A stretch of DNA of 32,000 nucleotides. Source: Candidatus Altimarinota bacterium. Lineage in GTDB: Bacteria > Patescibacteriota > Gracilibacteria > UBA1369. Under the pieces are notes generated by a model. It worked only from the letters and a program-made list of their open reading frames with translations. It did no database searches and was not told the DNA's origin. The stretch lies in NCBI GenBank assembly GCA_041659405.1, contig JBAZYK010000002.1, positions 90,001 through 122,000 on the forward strand. The letters are read 5' to 3'. A program made the translations under genes and the position numbers. Below, one piece after another: positions 1-8,561 of this stretch (positions within the stretch are counted from its first letter, which is position 1; each line of letters opens with the position of its first letter).

Positions 1-595
<595 letters not shown>

Positions 596-749
596 TTCAA
601 CCCTAAGGTTGAAAATAGCAAAGAAATTTGAATTCTTGCTTGCTTTGATTCTGGCGAACCAAAGACTTAATTTTTAATTTAGTACGACATTTGCTTTCCG
701 GGGAGGAAAACAAATGCAATTACGCATGACTTCTCTATTACATCCTGAA

Positions 750-763
750 TGTTAAAGAACAAA
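750..763 (-). promoter_or_regulatory. boxA-like rRNA antitermination element in 16S leader
   Basis: The reverse complement reads TTTGTTCTTTAACA, close to the E. coli rrn boxA TGCTCTTTAACA, upstream of the 16S 5' end. Confidence 0.55.
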
Positions 764-889
764 CCAAATGCTTGTGAGCACATAAAACATACTCGAAAGC
801 AGGACAATTTTAGTGAATGGGGTCGACGAAGTCAAGAAGATTTTTACAATTTCTTTATGGCGAACCGATTAAACCAATTTTAACGCAGC

Positions 890-918
890 AGTTAACTATT
901 ACACAGCCCCCTGTTCAA
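890..918 (-). promoter_or_regulatory. candidate rrn promoter
   Basis: Minus strand TTGAAC - 17 nt - TTAACT upstream of the boxA-like element. The -10 match is moderate. Confidence 0.35.
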
Positions 919-1122
919 CCCTAAATCTCTGTTTTAAACCATAAAAAAAATTTTATTTCTCTAATAATTTTAAAACTTCACACTTAAATAAAGTCCCCAT
1001 TTTTAAAAGTTTAGAAGGAATTTAGAGTTTATAAAACTTTGAAAAACCATAAACCTCTCAACAGGCACAACATTTCACATGAACATGTCAAGGAACTTGC
1101 TCATCTCAAAGCCAATAAAATA

Positions 1123-1131
1123 TGGTACAAT
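1123..1131 (+). promoter_or_regulatory. extended -10 promoter for clpP
   Basis: TGGTACAAT (TGn + TACAAT) 37 nt upstream of the first in-frame ATG at 1168. Confidence 0.4.
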
Positions 1132-1167
1132 ATCTCAGACAAAAATAAATTTTTCACTTTAAACAAT

Positions 1168-1818
1168 ATGCAATTTCAACAAGGCCAGACCCAAGGAGGA
1201 CAAGCTCAACCAATCAGTAACAATATTCTTATTCCTACAGTAATAGAGAAAACCAGTATGGGCGAACGAGCTTATGACATTTATTCTCGTCTTTTAAAGG
1301 ATCGCATCATTTTTTTGGGCACCGCTATTAATGATGCTGTCGCAAACACAATCATTGCCCAGCTTTTATTTTTGGAGAGTGAAAATCCTAAAAAGGACAT
1401 CACCATATATATTCAAAGTCCGGGCGGACACGTAACTGCGGGACTTGCGATTTACGACACCATGCAACACATCCAACCGGAAGTTTCAACCGTTTGCGTT
1501 GGCATGGCTGCTTCAATGGGCGCGATTATATTGGCCGGAGGAGCAAAAGGTAAACGTTTTTGTTTACCAAATGCAGAAGTTATGATTCATCAACCTCTTG
1601 GTGGAACCGAAGGTCAAGCGAGCGACATCTTCATTCATGCAACTCATATTATCAACACTAAAGACCGCCTTAACAAAATTTTAGCTGAACATACCGGTCA
1701 ACCACTAAAAGTCATTGAAAAAGACACCGACCGCGATAACTTTATGTCTGCCGACGATGCCATGAAGTACGGATTGGTTGATAAGGTCATCAAAAAAAGA
1801 CCGGCAACCTCAAACTAA
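1168..1818 (+). CDS. clpP: ATP-dependent Clp protease proteolytic subunit
   Basis: Contains [21 protein letters not shown], the catalytic Ser region [16 protein letters not shown] and [18 protein letters not shown]. The ORF track starts at a TTG (1039), but the first ATG at 1168 gives a typical ClpP N terminus. Confidence 0.96.
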   Translation: MQFQQGQTQGGQAQPISNNILIPTVIEKTSMGERAYDIYSRLLKDRIIFLGTAINDAVANTIIAQLLFLESENPKKDITIYIQSPGGHVTAGLAIYDTMQHIQPEVSTVCVGMAASMGAIILAGGAKGKRFCLPNAEVMIHQPLGGTEGQASDIFIHATHIINTKDRLNKILAEHTGQPLKVIEKDTDRDNFMSADDAMKYGLVDKVIKKRPATSN

Positions 1819-1838
1819 TCTTACATAAATAAAAACAT

Positions 1839-1875
1839 AAGGCTTAGCTCTTAACAGACTAGGCCTTTATTTTTT
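1839..1875 (+). terminator. intrinsic terminator between convergent clpP and rimK-like gene, probably bidirectional
   Basis: AAGGCTTAG - 11 nt loop - CTAGGCCTT (one G.U pair), then TATTTTTT on +. The minus strand reads ATGTTTTTATTT after the same stem. It includes the rimK-like stop codon. Confidence 0.75.
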
Positions 1876-2827
1876 GCTTCTTTTCTTTTGAAGCCAAATG
1901 ACTCTTGGCAAATTCAATGGCATATTCCACAAATTTTTTGCCAACATCCACTTGAGTTGCCTCCACTAAACCAATAAAACCGGGATTGGAATTAACTTCC
2001 ATAACCAACGGACCATTTTTGGAACGAAGCAGATCCACCCCGGCAACTTGCAATCCCAAAGCCTTAACAGCCCTTAGGACAATCTCCTTTTCTTCACTGG
2101 TTAATTCAAATTTTTGAGCTTGACCACCAAGGTGCAAATTTGAACGGAAATCACCACTTTTGGCTTGACGCTGCATAGATGCCACAACTTCATTATTAAT
2201 TACAAAAGCCCGATAATCCGAGCCATTAGCCTCTTCTACAAATTCCTGCATCAAAAAAAGCGGTGTTTTTGTACTTTCTCCAAGTAAATCCAAAGAAGAA
2301 TATAACGAACGAGAACTTTCAACAATTACAACTCCACAGCCATAAGAACCAAATGCGGATTTCAAGATTAAAGGATATCCACCCAAAACTTTAACCGCAG
2401 CATCAACATATTCAAATTGACGCACCACGACCGTTTTTGGTACCGGAATCGCCTTCTCGGTTAGAAGTTGAATTGTGCGAAGTTTATTTTTAGCCCTTAC
2501 GGTAGGCAAATAACCATTAACAACCGGGATATCCATTAATTGAAACTGTTTTAATATGGAAAGTTCCATATCCAAACGCCCTGCCAGGTCTACTCTGGGA
2601 ATCAAAACATCACATGGTTCAATCGGTTTATTTTTTTCCAATAGCAAAGTTTTTTCACCATCAAAAAAGATCTGACACTCATCAGCTTTATAAAGTTTAG
2701 GGTTATGGCCAAGCTCTTCCACTTTTTCATATAGAATATCAGCCTCATTTCTGGAACGACGCCCTCCAGCATTTTTGGCTATAAACCCCGAAAAATCTAA
2801 AATTCCAATCGTGAGTTTCTTTTTCAT
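1859..2827 (-). CDS. RimK-family ATP-grasp ligase (ATP-grasp paralog 1)
   Basis: RimK-like motifs: NKLRTIQLL, GGYPLILKSAFGSYGCGVVIVES, DYRAFVINNEVVASMQRQAKSGDFRSNLHLGG, VAGVDLLRSKNGPLVMEVNSNPGF. Confidence 0.9.
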   Translation of the reverse strand: MKKKLTIGILDFSGFIAKNAGGRRSRNEADILYEKVEELGHNPKLYKADECQIFFDGEKTLLLEKNKPIEPCDVLIPRVDLAGRLDMELSILKQFQLMDIPVVNGYLPTVRAKNKLRTIQLLTEKAIPVPKTVVVRQFEYVDAAVKVLGGYPLILKSAFGSYGCGVVIVESSRSLYSSLDLLGESTKTPLFLMQEFVEEANGSDYRAFVINNEVVASMQRQAKSGDFRSNLHLGGQAQKFELTSEEKEIVLRAVKALGLQVAGVDLLRSKNGPLVMEVNSNPGFIGLVEATQVDVGKKFVEYAIEFAKSHLASKEKKQKIKA

Positions 2828-3786
2828 GATTTTTTCACAAGAGATAAAGCATATTTAATCAGTTCAGTAGGTACATCCACTCCGCTTGCCTTACCAATAC
2901 CGACCAGACCCGCACAAGGATTTAGTTCCATCACAAGAGGTCCGTTTTTCGTTCTCAAAATATCTACACCACAAGAATCCAACCCCATAGCTCTAGCAGC
3001 AGAAATAGCCATTTTTTCTTCTTCTTTGGTTAAACGCGCTGCTGTAGCCTTGCCTCCTAAATTCAAATTTGAACGGAAATCACCAAAAGCCGCGACACGT
3101 TTCATTGAAGCCACAACCTTATTACCAATCACAAAAGCCCTATAATCAGCATTTTCCGAATCAGCAATATATTCCTGAATGAGCATTAAACTACTACTAC
3201 TATATTTCCAAAGAATATCCAAAGCCGAATAAAGAGAACGACGACTTTCTATAATTGCTACCCCTTTCCCATGCGTCCCAAAAACCGTTTTTAAAATCAC
3301 CGGATATCCGCCTAACATTTTGAGCGAATCATCCAAATATTCAAAACGACGCACCACAACTGTTTTTGGCACACGAATCCCCGCCTTGGTTAATATTTGC
3401 AAAACCCTTAACTTATTTAACGCCTGAGAAATGGCAAAATAGCTGTTTACGACCGGAATTCCCTTTAATTCAAACTGTTTGATCACGGAAATCTCCAGGT
3501 CAATATTGCTAACAACGTTAATCCTGGGAATCACCACATCACAGCCTTTTACCAATTTTCCCTTATATAGGATCTCCGGACGATCATAATCAAACAGAAG
3601 CTGACAATGTTCCGGATAATAAATTATCGGCTGATGCCCAAGCTTTTTTATGGCACTTGAAAGCAGCGCATAACCCTTTAAAGATGGTTTATAAATTTCA
3701 CTTTTGGCTCTGCTCATATTGATGCTGCTTCGTTCCGCATTTTGTATATTGCAAAAATCCAAAATTCCTACGCGAATTTTACTCAT
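2824..3786 (-). CDS. RimK-family ATP-grasp ligase (ATP-grasp paralog 2)
   Basis: Same architecture as its neighbour: DYRAFVIGNKVVASMKRVAAFGDFRSNLNLGG, SCGVDILRTKNGPLVMELNPCAG. ATGA overlap with the downstream paralog. The ORF track's start at 3843 is TTG; ATG at 3786 (MSKIRVGILDF) aligns with the paralog start. Confidence 0.88.
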   Translation of the reverse strand: MSKIRVGILDFCNIQNAERSSINMSRAKSEIYKPSLKGYALLSSAIKKLGHQPIIYYPEHCQLLFDYDRPEILYKGKLVKGCDVVIPRINVVSNIDLEISVIKQFELKGIPVVNSYFAISQALNKLRVLQILTKAGIRVPKTVVVRRFEYLDDSLKMLGGYPVILKTVFGTHGKGVAIIESRRSLYSALDILWKYSSSSLMLIQEYIADSENADYRAFVIGNKVVASMKRVAAFGDFRSNLNLGGKATAARLTKEEEKMAISAARAMGLDSCGVDILRTKNGPLVMELNPCAGLVGIGKASGVDVPTELIKYALSLVKKS

Positions 3787-3883
3787 CAAATGAACTTGGT
3801 TAAAAGAACGCGAAAATAATAAACAAAAAACAGATAAAAGCAATCTCTAATTTCATATTTTGGGTTTTGAAAATAATTGATTC

Positions 3884-3892
3884 TGCTAGAAT
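3884..3892 (+). promoter_or_regulatory. extended -10 promoter for P-loop gene
   Basis: TGCTAGAAT (TGn + TAGAAT), predicted start site near 3899, just upstream of ATG 3915. Confidence 0.4.
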
Positions 3893-3914
3893 GGGGAAAA
3901 TTTATAGACCTAAT

Positions 3915-4937
3915 ATGAAAATTACCGTCGACAAAATCGGATCCGTTACAAAGAATGTACCGTTAAGTCATCAAGTTGAGGTCACTTCCAAAATCAAATG
4001 CGAAGAAGGCGCAATAATTGCAGTTGAGGTTATAAAAGACAAAAAAATCTATAATCAATTGGAATTAACCTCCGGACGACTTTCCACTATCCACAAGGGA
4101 GATATTCTTGTTGTAGCTTTAGGCAACAGAAGAGCTTTGAAAGGATTTGTAGGGGAAGTTCCCAAAAATCTAAAAGTTGGTGATGTCATTAATTTATTGA
4201 ATCTTGGCGGAGTAGCCGGAATCTGTACAAGCGCCAACGTCCATGAAGTTGGACTACCTTTAAAAGTAAAAGTCCTGGGAGCGGTATGCGATAAGAATAA
4301 GGATCCTTTAAATATCAAACAATTCAAACTTTTTGAAAAATCCAAAACCATCAAGTCCAAAATACCTTTAATTATAATTACCGGAACCTGCATGAACGTT
4401 GGGAAAACAACCGTTGCCTGCGAAATAGTAAAAGGAGCATGCAAAAAAGGTTTTAAAATTTATTGTGCCAAAATGGCCGGAATCGCCGCGCTAAGAGATA
4501 CTGCCAATATGCAGGACTATGGAGCTGAAAAGACAGTTAGTATGATTGATGCCGGATATACCTCAACAGCAATGAATCCTAAAGAATCTGTAGAAATCAC
4601 CAAAGGTGCCATTAACTACTTATCCAAAGATAAACCCGATTATATATTAGTTGAACTTGGAGACGGCATTATTGGAGAATATGGAGTACTGGAAAACCTT
4701 AAAGATCCCGAACTCAAGAAGAACATCACCGTACATGTTGGATGTGCCCATGACCCTGTAGGAGCCCTAAAACTCTACGAAATATGTAAAGAATTTAAAA
4801 TACCACTTCATCTGATATCCGGTCCTGTAACCGACAACAGCATTGGCACACAATTCATTCATAAAAACCTGGCCATTCCAGCAATCAATGGACTCACAAA
4901 TGGTGAAAAACTTTTCCCAAAACTTTACGAAAAATAA
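3915..4937 (+). CDS. P-loop NTPase of dethiobiotin-synthetase/DUF1611-like type, function unknown
   Basis: Walker A-like TGTCMNVGKTTVACEIVKG; a conserved ILVELGDGIIGEYG segment follows an N-terminal beta-rich domain. The track's start at 3867 is TTG and overlaps the promoter; ATG at 3915 is preferred. Confidence 0.6.
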   Translation: MKITVDKIGSVTKNVPLSHQVEVTSKIKCEEGAIIAVEVIKDKKIYNQLELTSGRLSTIHKGDILVVALGNRRALKGFVGEVPKNLKVGDVINLLNLGGVAGICTSANVHEVGLPLKVKVLGAVCDKNKDPLNIKQFKLFEKSKTIKSKIPLIIITGTCMNVGKTTVACEIVKGACKKGFKIYCAKMAGIAALRDTANMQDYGAEKTVSMIDAGYTSTAMNPKESVEITKGAINYLSKDKPDYILVELGDGIIGEYGVLENLKDPELKKNITVHVGCAHDPVGALKLYEICKEFKIPLHLISGPVTDNSIGTQFIHKNLAIPAINGLTNGEKLFPKLYEK

Positions 4938-4978
4938 AAAATCCAATACAATACTCAAGAAAAATATCACCACTTTTT

Positions 4979-5578
4979 ATGAAAATTTCAAACAAAGCCC
5001 TGACTTGTCTTTTCGTTTTGACACTGACTTCCTTCACGGGATGTTTTAATTTTGGCGGTGGATCAACCAATCCGACCGTAACAACCAGTGATCAAACCAG
5101 AAAAATTGATGATCCAAAATATGCTTTTACGGCCATAATTCCACGAGAATGGGACATAATTGAAGCAAAAGATTTTACCAAGGATGTTCCTCAAGAAACA
5201 CAGTTAGTCCTTAGGAATAACGTCAAAAATGAAGACTTTACAGCTAACGTAAACGTTGTCCATCATGTTCTTCAGACAACCAGAGAAACGCTTGAATATG
5301 CAAAACAGGTTATTAACGCCGAAAAAACGGGACTCTACAATTATCAGGAATCAAAACGGGATACTTTCCAAATTCCCATTGCGGATAAAAAAGCCGATAC
5401 ATACGTTACTTACTTTGTAGGCGCTAAAGAGCCATCAAGCGATGTCATCACCTTTATCCAAACCTTTGCGGTAAAAGGAACTGATGCTTACATTATTACC
5501 GGATCATATTCCCCAAAAGAAAGTCAAATTAACGTAAAAGCAGTAGAAAGTATTGTAAAATCTTTCATTCTCAAATAA
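4979..5578 (+). CDS. putative lipoprotein, possibly PsbP-like domain
   Basis: Signal peptide with lipobox-like LTSFTGC, followed by a PsbP/DUF1795-like pattern (YAFTAIIPREWDII ... DTYVTYFVGA). Confidence 0.65.
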   Translation: MKISNKALTCLFVLTLTSFTGCFNFGGGSTNPTVTTSDQTRKIDDPKYAFTAIIPREWDIIEAKDFTKDVPQETQLVLRNNVKNEDFTANVNVVHHVLQTTRETLEYAKQVINAEKTGLYNYQESKRDTFQIPIADKKADTYVTYFVGAKEPSSDVITFIQTFAVKGTDAYIITGSYSPKESQINVKAVESIVKSFILK

Positions 5579-5593
5579 TCTAGTCCAAGTTAC

Positions 5594-5680
5594 GCCGAGG
5601 TGGTGGAATTGGTAGACACGCGGGACTTAAAATCCCGTGGTAGCAATACCGTGCGGGTTCGATTCCCGCCCCCGGCACCA
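5594..5680 (+). tRNA. tRNA-Leu, anticodon TAA, encoded CCA
   Basis: Acceptor GCCGAGG/CCCCGGC (one A.C mismatch), anticodon stem CGGGA-CTTAAAA-TCCCG, long variable arm, T arm GCGGG-TTCGATT-CCCGC, then ACCA. Confidence 0.97.
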
Positions 5681-5690
5681 AGCAAAAGAC

Positions 5691-5713
5691 AAAACCTAAC
5701 GGTTTTTTCTTTT
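5691..5713 (+). terminator. intrinsic terminator after tRNA-Leu
   Basis: AAAACC-TAAC-GGTTTT stem-loop followed by TTCTTTT. Confidence 0.6.
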
Positions 5714-5740
5714 GGGGAACTTTTTCCCTAGATTGTTTTC

Positions 5741-5865
5741 GCGAAAATATTCCTCGCACTATTCGGATTTTTTCATGCTGGGGCCCACGAGACCCATCAT
5801 TCAAAAATCCTCAATCTGCTCAAAATATTTTCGCTCAGTTTTTTTATTTTTCCGAAAAATGAGCT
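5741..5865. repeat. nested inverted repeats / structured intergenic element
   Basis: GCGAAAATATT (5741-5751) pairs with AATATTTTCGC (5824-5834). GGATTTTT (5765-5772) pairs with AAAAATCC (5803-5810) inside it. ATTTTT-CCG-AAAAAT hairpin at 5846-5860. Confidence 0.6.
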
Positions 5866-5894
5866 TTTGAAAGCCATTATACCGGAGATAGCCA

Positions 5895-5924
5895 TTGACT
5901 TATTTGCATAGAATACAGTATATT
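5895..5924 (+). promoter_or_regulatory. sigma70-like promoter for methyltransferase gene
   Basis: TTGACT (5895-5900) - 18 nt - TATATT (5919-5924), 26 nt before ATG 5951. Confidence 0.55.
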
Positions 5925-5950
5925 GCATTCTTCTAAATTTATATTTACGA

Positions 5951-6784
5951 ATGACTACCAAAGAAGAACCAGATTTGATTGTTGAAGTCACCTCCACAGT
6001 GTTAAATGGACCACCAGGTTCCGGGGATGCAATAAGAACTGTTTTTAAAATTGTTGGAGATGCAAGGGTACAAGCAAAAAGCGCAATAATTAAACAATCA
6101 ACTTCATTTGCAAATCCAGAGGGAGCGGAACCTTTAAGTTTAAACAGCATATTGGATTTAATACCTCCTGAAAACCGTGATGAATTTTACACATACGTTC
6201 AATTTTCAACTTTTTTTGTATCATTTGATGACGACCTTGTTTCTTTAGAAATGCTAAGAAGCCTTTCCGTTATCGACTTGGGATGTGGCAATGAATATGA
6301 AGCTCAGGAACTTGCTCGGTGCGCATCTCAATCTCATCAGTTTCAACCATGGCTTTGCAGAGCATTACATGCGCTCGGTGTAGATGTAACAGGTGTTGAT
6401 TATCGTTATCCCAAAAGGGTAAATGGAAAACGCACAGAGGATTGGAAATTTTTACAGGCTAATCTAAAAGAACCTAATGCACTTTCCGGAATTGCATCAA
6501 ATTCAGCCGACATCATTTATTCAAATTCTGTTTTTCAATTTGGAGGAAATAAAGCCCCATCATTAGAAGCCTATGGTGATAAAGAAAATCAGGACATAGA
6601 AGATGAAATATTTCAGCAGGCGCTTCGTATTTTAAAACACGGCGGACGACTGAATATAGATATGAATGTTTACGAAAAAAGCTTAGCCCCAGATGGATTA
6701 TATTTTCATTTTAAATGGATTAAAGGAAAACCTTTACCAAAGGATTACTGCCATCTAGACACAGATGCGTTGATATTTGAGTAA
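5951..6784 (+). CDS. class I SAM-dependent methyltransferase domain protein
   Basis: Motif I VIDLGCGNEYEAQELA, motif II GVDVTGVDYR, later motifs NSADIIYSNSVFQ and QQALRILKHGGRLNIDM. The N-terminal region has no recognised family. Confidence 0.7.
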   Translation: MTTKEEPDLIVEVTSTVLNGPPGSGDAIRTVFKIVGDARVQAKSAIIKQSTSFANPEGAEPLSLNSILDLIPPENRDEFYTYVQFSTFFVSFDDDLVSLEMLRSLSVIDLGCGNEYEAQELARCASQSHQFQPWLCRALHALGVDVTGVDYRYPKRVNGKRTEDWKFLQANLKEPNALSGIASNSADIIYSNSVFQFGGNKAPSLEAYGDKENQDIEDEIFQQALRILKHGGRLNIDMNVYEKSLAPDGLYFHFKWIKGKPLPKDYCHLDTDALIFE

Positions 6785-6863
6785 CAAGCATTTTAAATTT
6801 GATCTCTTGTACTTTTAAGCTATCTTTGGTTTGAATATTTATTGATCTTAACGCTCAAGTAAT

Positions 6864-8099
6864 TTGAATTGGCCACTTCCTAAAATTCCAAAAACTTACA
6901 AACAAAACGGCACCACCAAAAAACAGTGGTTTGATTGGCGATGGCAAATTAGTAATTCCATTAAAACCGCAGATGCTCTTGAAGAATTCGCACCTGAAAT
7001 TGGCAAGAAAAAGATCACAGCAATCAAAAAAGTTCTTCAACACCGCTATCAAAATAAAAGCGATGAGATGCGATTAACGCCTTATCTTTTCTCGTTAATC
7101 GATTTTAAAAACCATCAAGATCCAGTTGCTCTGCAACATTTTCCACAGATTGAAGAAACTGAAGAGGATGATTTTACATTTGAAAAAGTTTGGGAAATAA
7201 AAAAAGATTTTCAAAAAGGAAACAGTGACGAAAACAGGTTACTCCAGCAAAAATATCCCGATATTGCGCTTTTAAGAATTTCCAATACTTGTGCTTCATT
7301 TTGCCGTTTTTGTTTTGAGAAAGAGCGCACGCTAAGGCACGATGTGGTGACAAAAATCAGCAAAACGGTTTATGAAAAAGCAATTGAGGCCATTAATGCG
7401 AATAAAAAGCTGAGACAAGTGCTTTTAAGCGGCGGAGATCCTTTGATTTTAAACGATGAACAACTGAAGCAATTATTTTTACCATTACTCAAAATCGAGC
7501 ATCTTAAAACCATTCGCATCAACACCCGAACTTTGCTTCACGATCCTTATCGCATTACCGATGAATTGGCGCAGATGCTTGGCAACCTCCAAAGAGAAAG
7601 CTGGAAATGGTGCGAAAAGGGTAAGCAAATCCAAATTGGACTGCACTTCAACCATCCTCAAGAAATCACCACAGAGGCCATTACGGCAATCCGCAAGCTG
7701 CAACGTGAAGGAATTGAGCTTTATAACCAAACTGTGCTGTTGAAGGGCATAAACGATAACCTAAAAACTTTACAGGCACTTTTTAGGCTTTTGCGAGCAG
7801 AAGGTGTTCGCTTACATTATCTTTCGCAGCCGATGGAGGTGCCAAGAACTTCACATTTTATGGTAAGTGTCGAAAAAGGGCAAAAATTGATGGAGGCTTT
7901 ACGTAAAACCAATGAATTCCGGGCACAACTCCCCTTTTATGAAATGAGCCACCACAGCGGAAAACAGCTTATTCCGACAATGATGAATAAAAATTTCAAA
8001 TCGACTACTCACAAAAAAAACGGAAAAACTCAAAAAGCTATAGGATATTTAAGTGACGTCACGGGAAAATGGGAAACGTACACTAACGGTGAAGACTGA
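6864..8099 (+). CDS. lysine 2,3-aminomutase-like radical SAM/PLP enzyme, TTG start
   Basis: Radical SAM CASFCRFC (CxxxCxxC), VLLSGGDPL, LHFNHPQEIT, NQTVLLKGIND, and PLP lysine region HHSGKQLIPT. Confidence 0.88.
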   Translation: MNWPLPKIPKTYKQNGTTKKQWFDWRWQISNSIKTADALEEFAPEIGKKKITAIKKVLQHRYQNKSDEMRLTPYLFSLIDFKNHQDPVALQHFPQIEETEEDDFTFEKVWEIKKDFQKGNSDENRLLQQKYPDIALLRISNTCASFCRFCFEKERTLRHDVVTKISKTVYEKAIEAINANKKLRQVLLSGGDPLILNDEQLKQLFLPLLKIEHLKTIRINTRTLLHDPYRITDELAQMLGNLQRESWKWCEKGKQIQIGLHFNHPQEITTEAITAIRKLQREGIELYNQTVLLKGINDNLKTLQALFRLLRAEGVRLHYLSQPMEVPRTSHFMVSVEKGQKLMEALRKTNEFRAQLPFYEMSHHSGKQLIPTMMNKNFKSTTHKKNGKTQKAIGYLSDVTGKWETYTNGED

Positions 8100-8180
8100 C
8101 AGCAAATAAAATTACGATACCATTGACTAAATAGGGAAATAGTCTAAAATATTGGGCCGAATATCTAACTTGAAAATTAT

Positions 8181-8558
8181 ATGTCAGGACACGGAGGACA
8201 TCATGAAGAACCAGTTACACTAGGTGATCATTTAAACCAGGCAACAAGCCATTTTTTTAATATTTTCAAAGAGGCAATTGGCGTTGTTGATAGTATTGCA
8301 AGTGGCTTTGGAAAAGCCATTATGACAATTATTAGCGGAAAAAGACCGACAAGTGGCGCTCATGGAGGTCACGACGCAGGCCATGGTGATGCTCATGGTG
8401 GAGAACATGCCGCAGCCGCTCATGGCGAAAACCATGGAGATAGCCACAGCGATGCAGGACATGGAGACAAACATGTAAAACCCGAGTTGGTGGATGTTCC
8501 TAAACATGAAGCTGCAAATGACAATGCTCATGGGCATGAACAAAAACATGCCGCTTAA
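8181..8558 (+). CDS. small histidine-rich protein, putative metal-binding
   Basis: 125 aa with 19 His by manual count. A short hydrophobic/amphipathic central segment (FFNIFKEAIGVVDSIASGFGKAIMTIISG) is followed by a His/Gly/Asp-rich tail. Confidence 0.6.
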   Translation: MSGHGGHHEEPVTLGDHLNQATSHFFNIFKEAIGVVDSIASGFGKAIMTIISGKRPTSGAHGGHDAGHGDAHGGEHAAAAHGENHGDSHSDAGHGDKHVKPELVDVPKHEAANDNAHGHEQKHAA

Positions 8559-8561
8559 AAA

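Noticed and set aside
1039-1167. N-terminal extension of ClpP from TTG
   Set aside because: Not ClpP-like, includes a candidate extended -10 promoter (1123-1131), and the ATG at 1168 gives a normal-length protein.
4055-4444. 129-aa antisense ORF, and similar antisense ORFs such as 5797..6150, 7485..7730, 8232..8549, 10933..11427, 18273..18656, 24766..25032 and 30070..30381
   Set aside because: They lie on the opposite strand of confidently assigned genes (5797..6150 only partly), have no recognisable motifs, and follow the codon bias shadow of the real gene.
5786-5800. Partial match to the Nextera adapter (GTCTCGTGGGC) on minus strand in the intergenic element
   Set aside because: Only about 11 nt match before diverging; no other adapter sequence nearby, so chance is more likely than contamination.
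5580-5804. 74-aa minus-strand ORF (GAGIEPARYCYHGILSPACLPIPPPRR)
   Set aside because: This is the well-known false peptide produced by translating the antisense of tRNA-Leu.
8341-8545. His-rich coding repeats considered as a CRISPR or tandem-repeat array
   Set aside because: Repeats are degenerate GH/AHG codon-level patterns within an ORF, with no constant repeat length or unique spacers.
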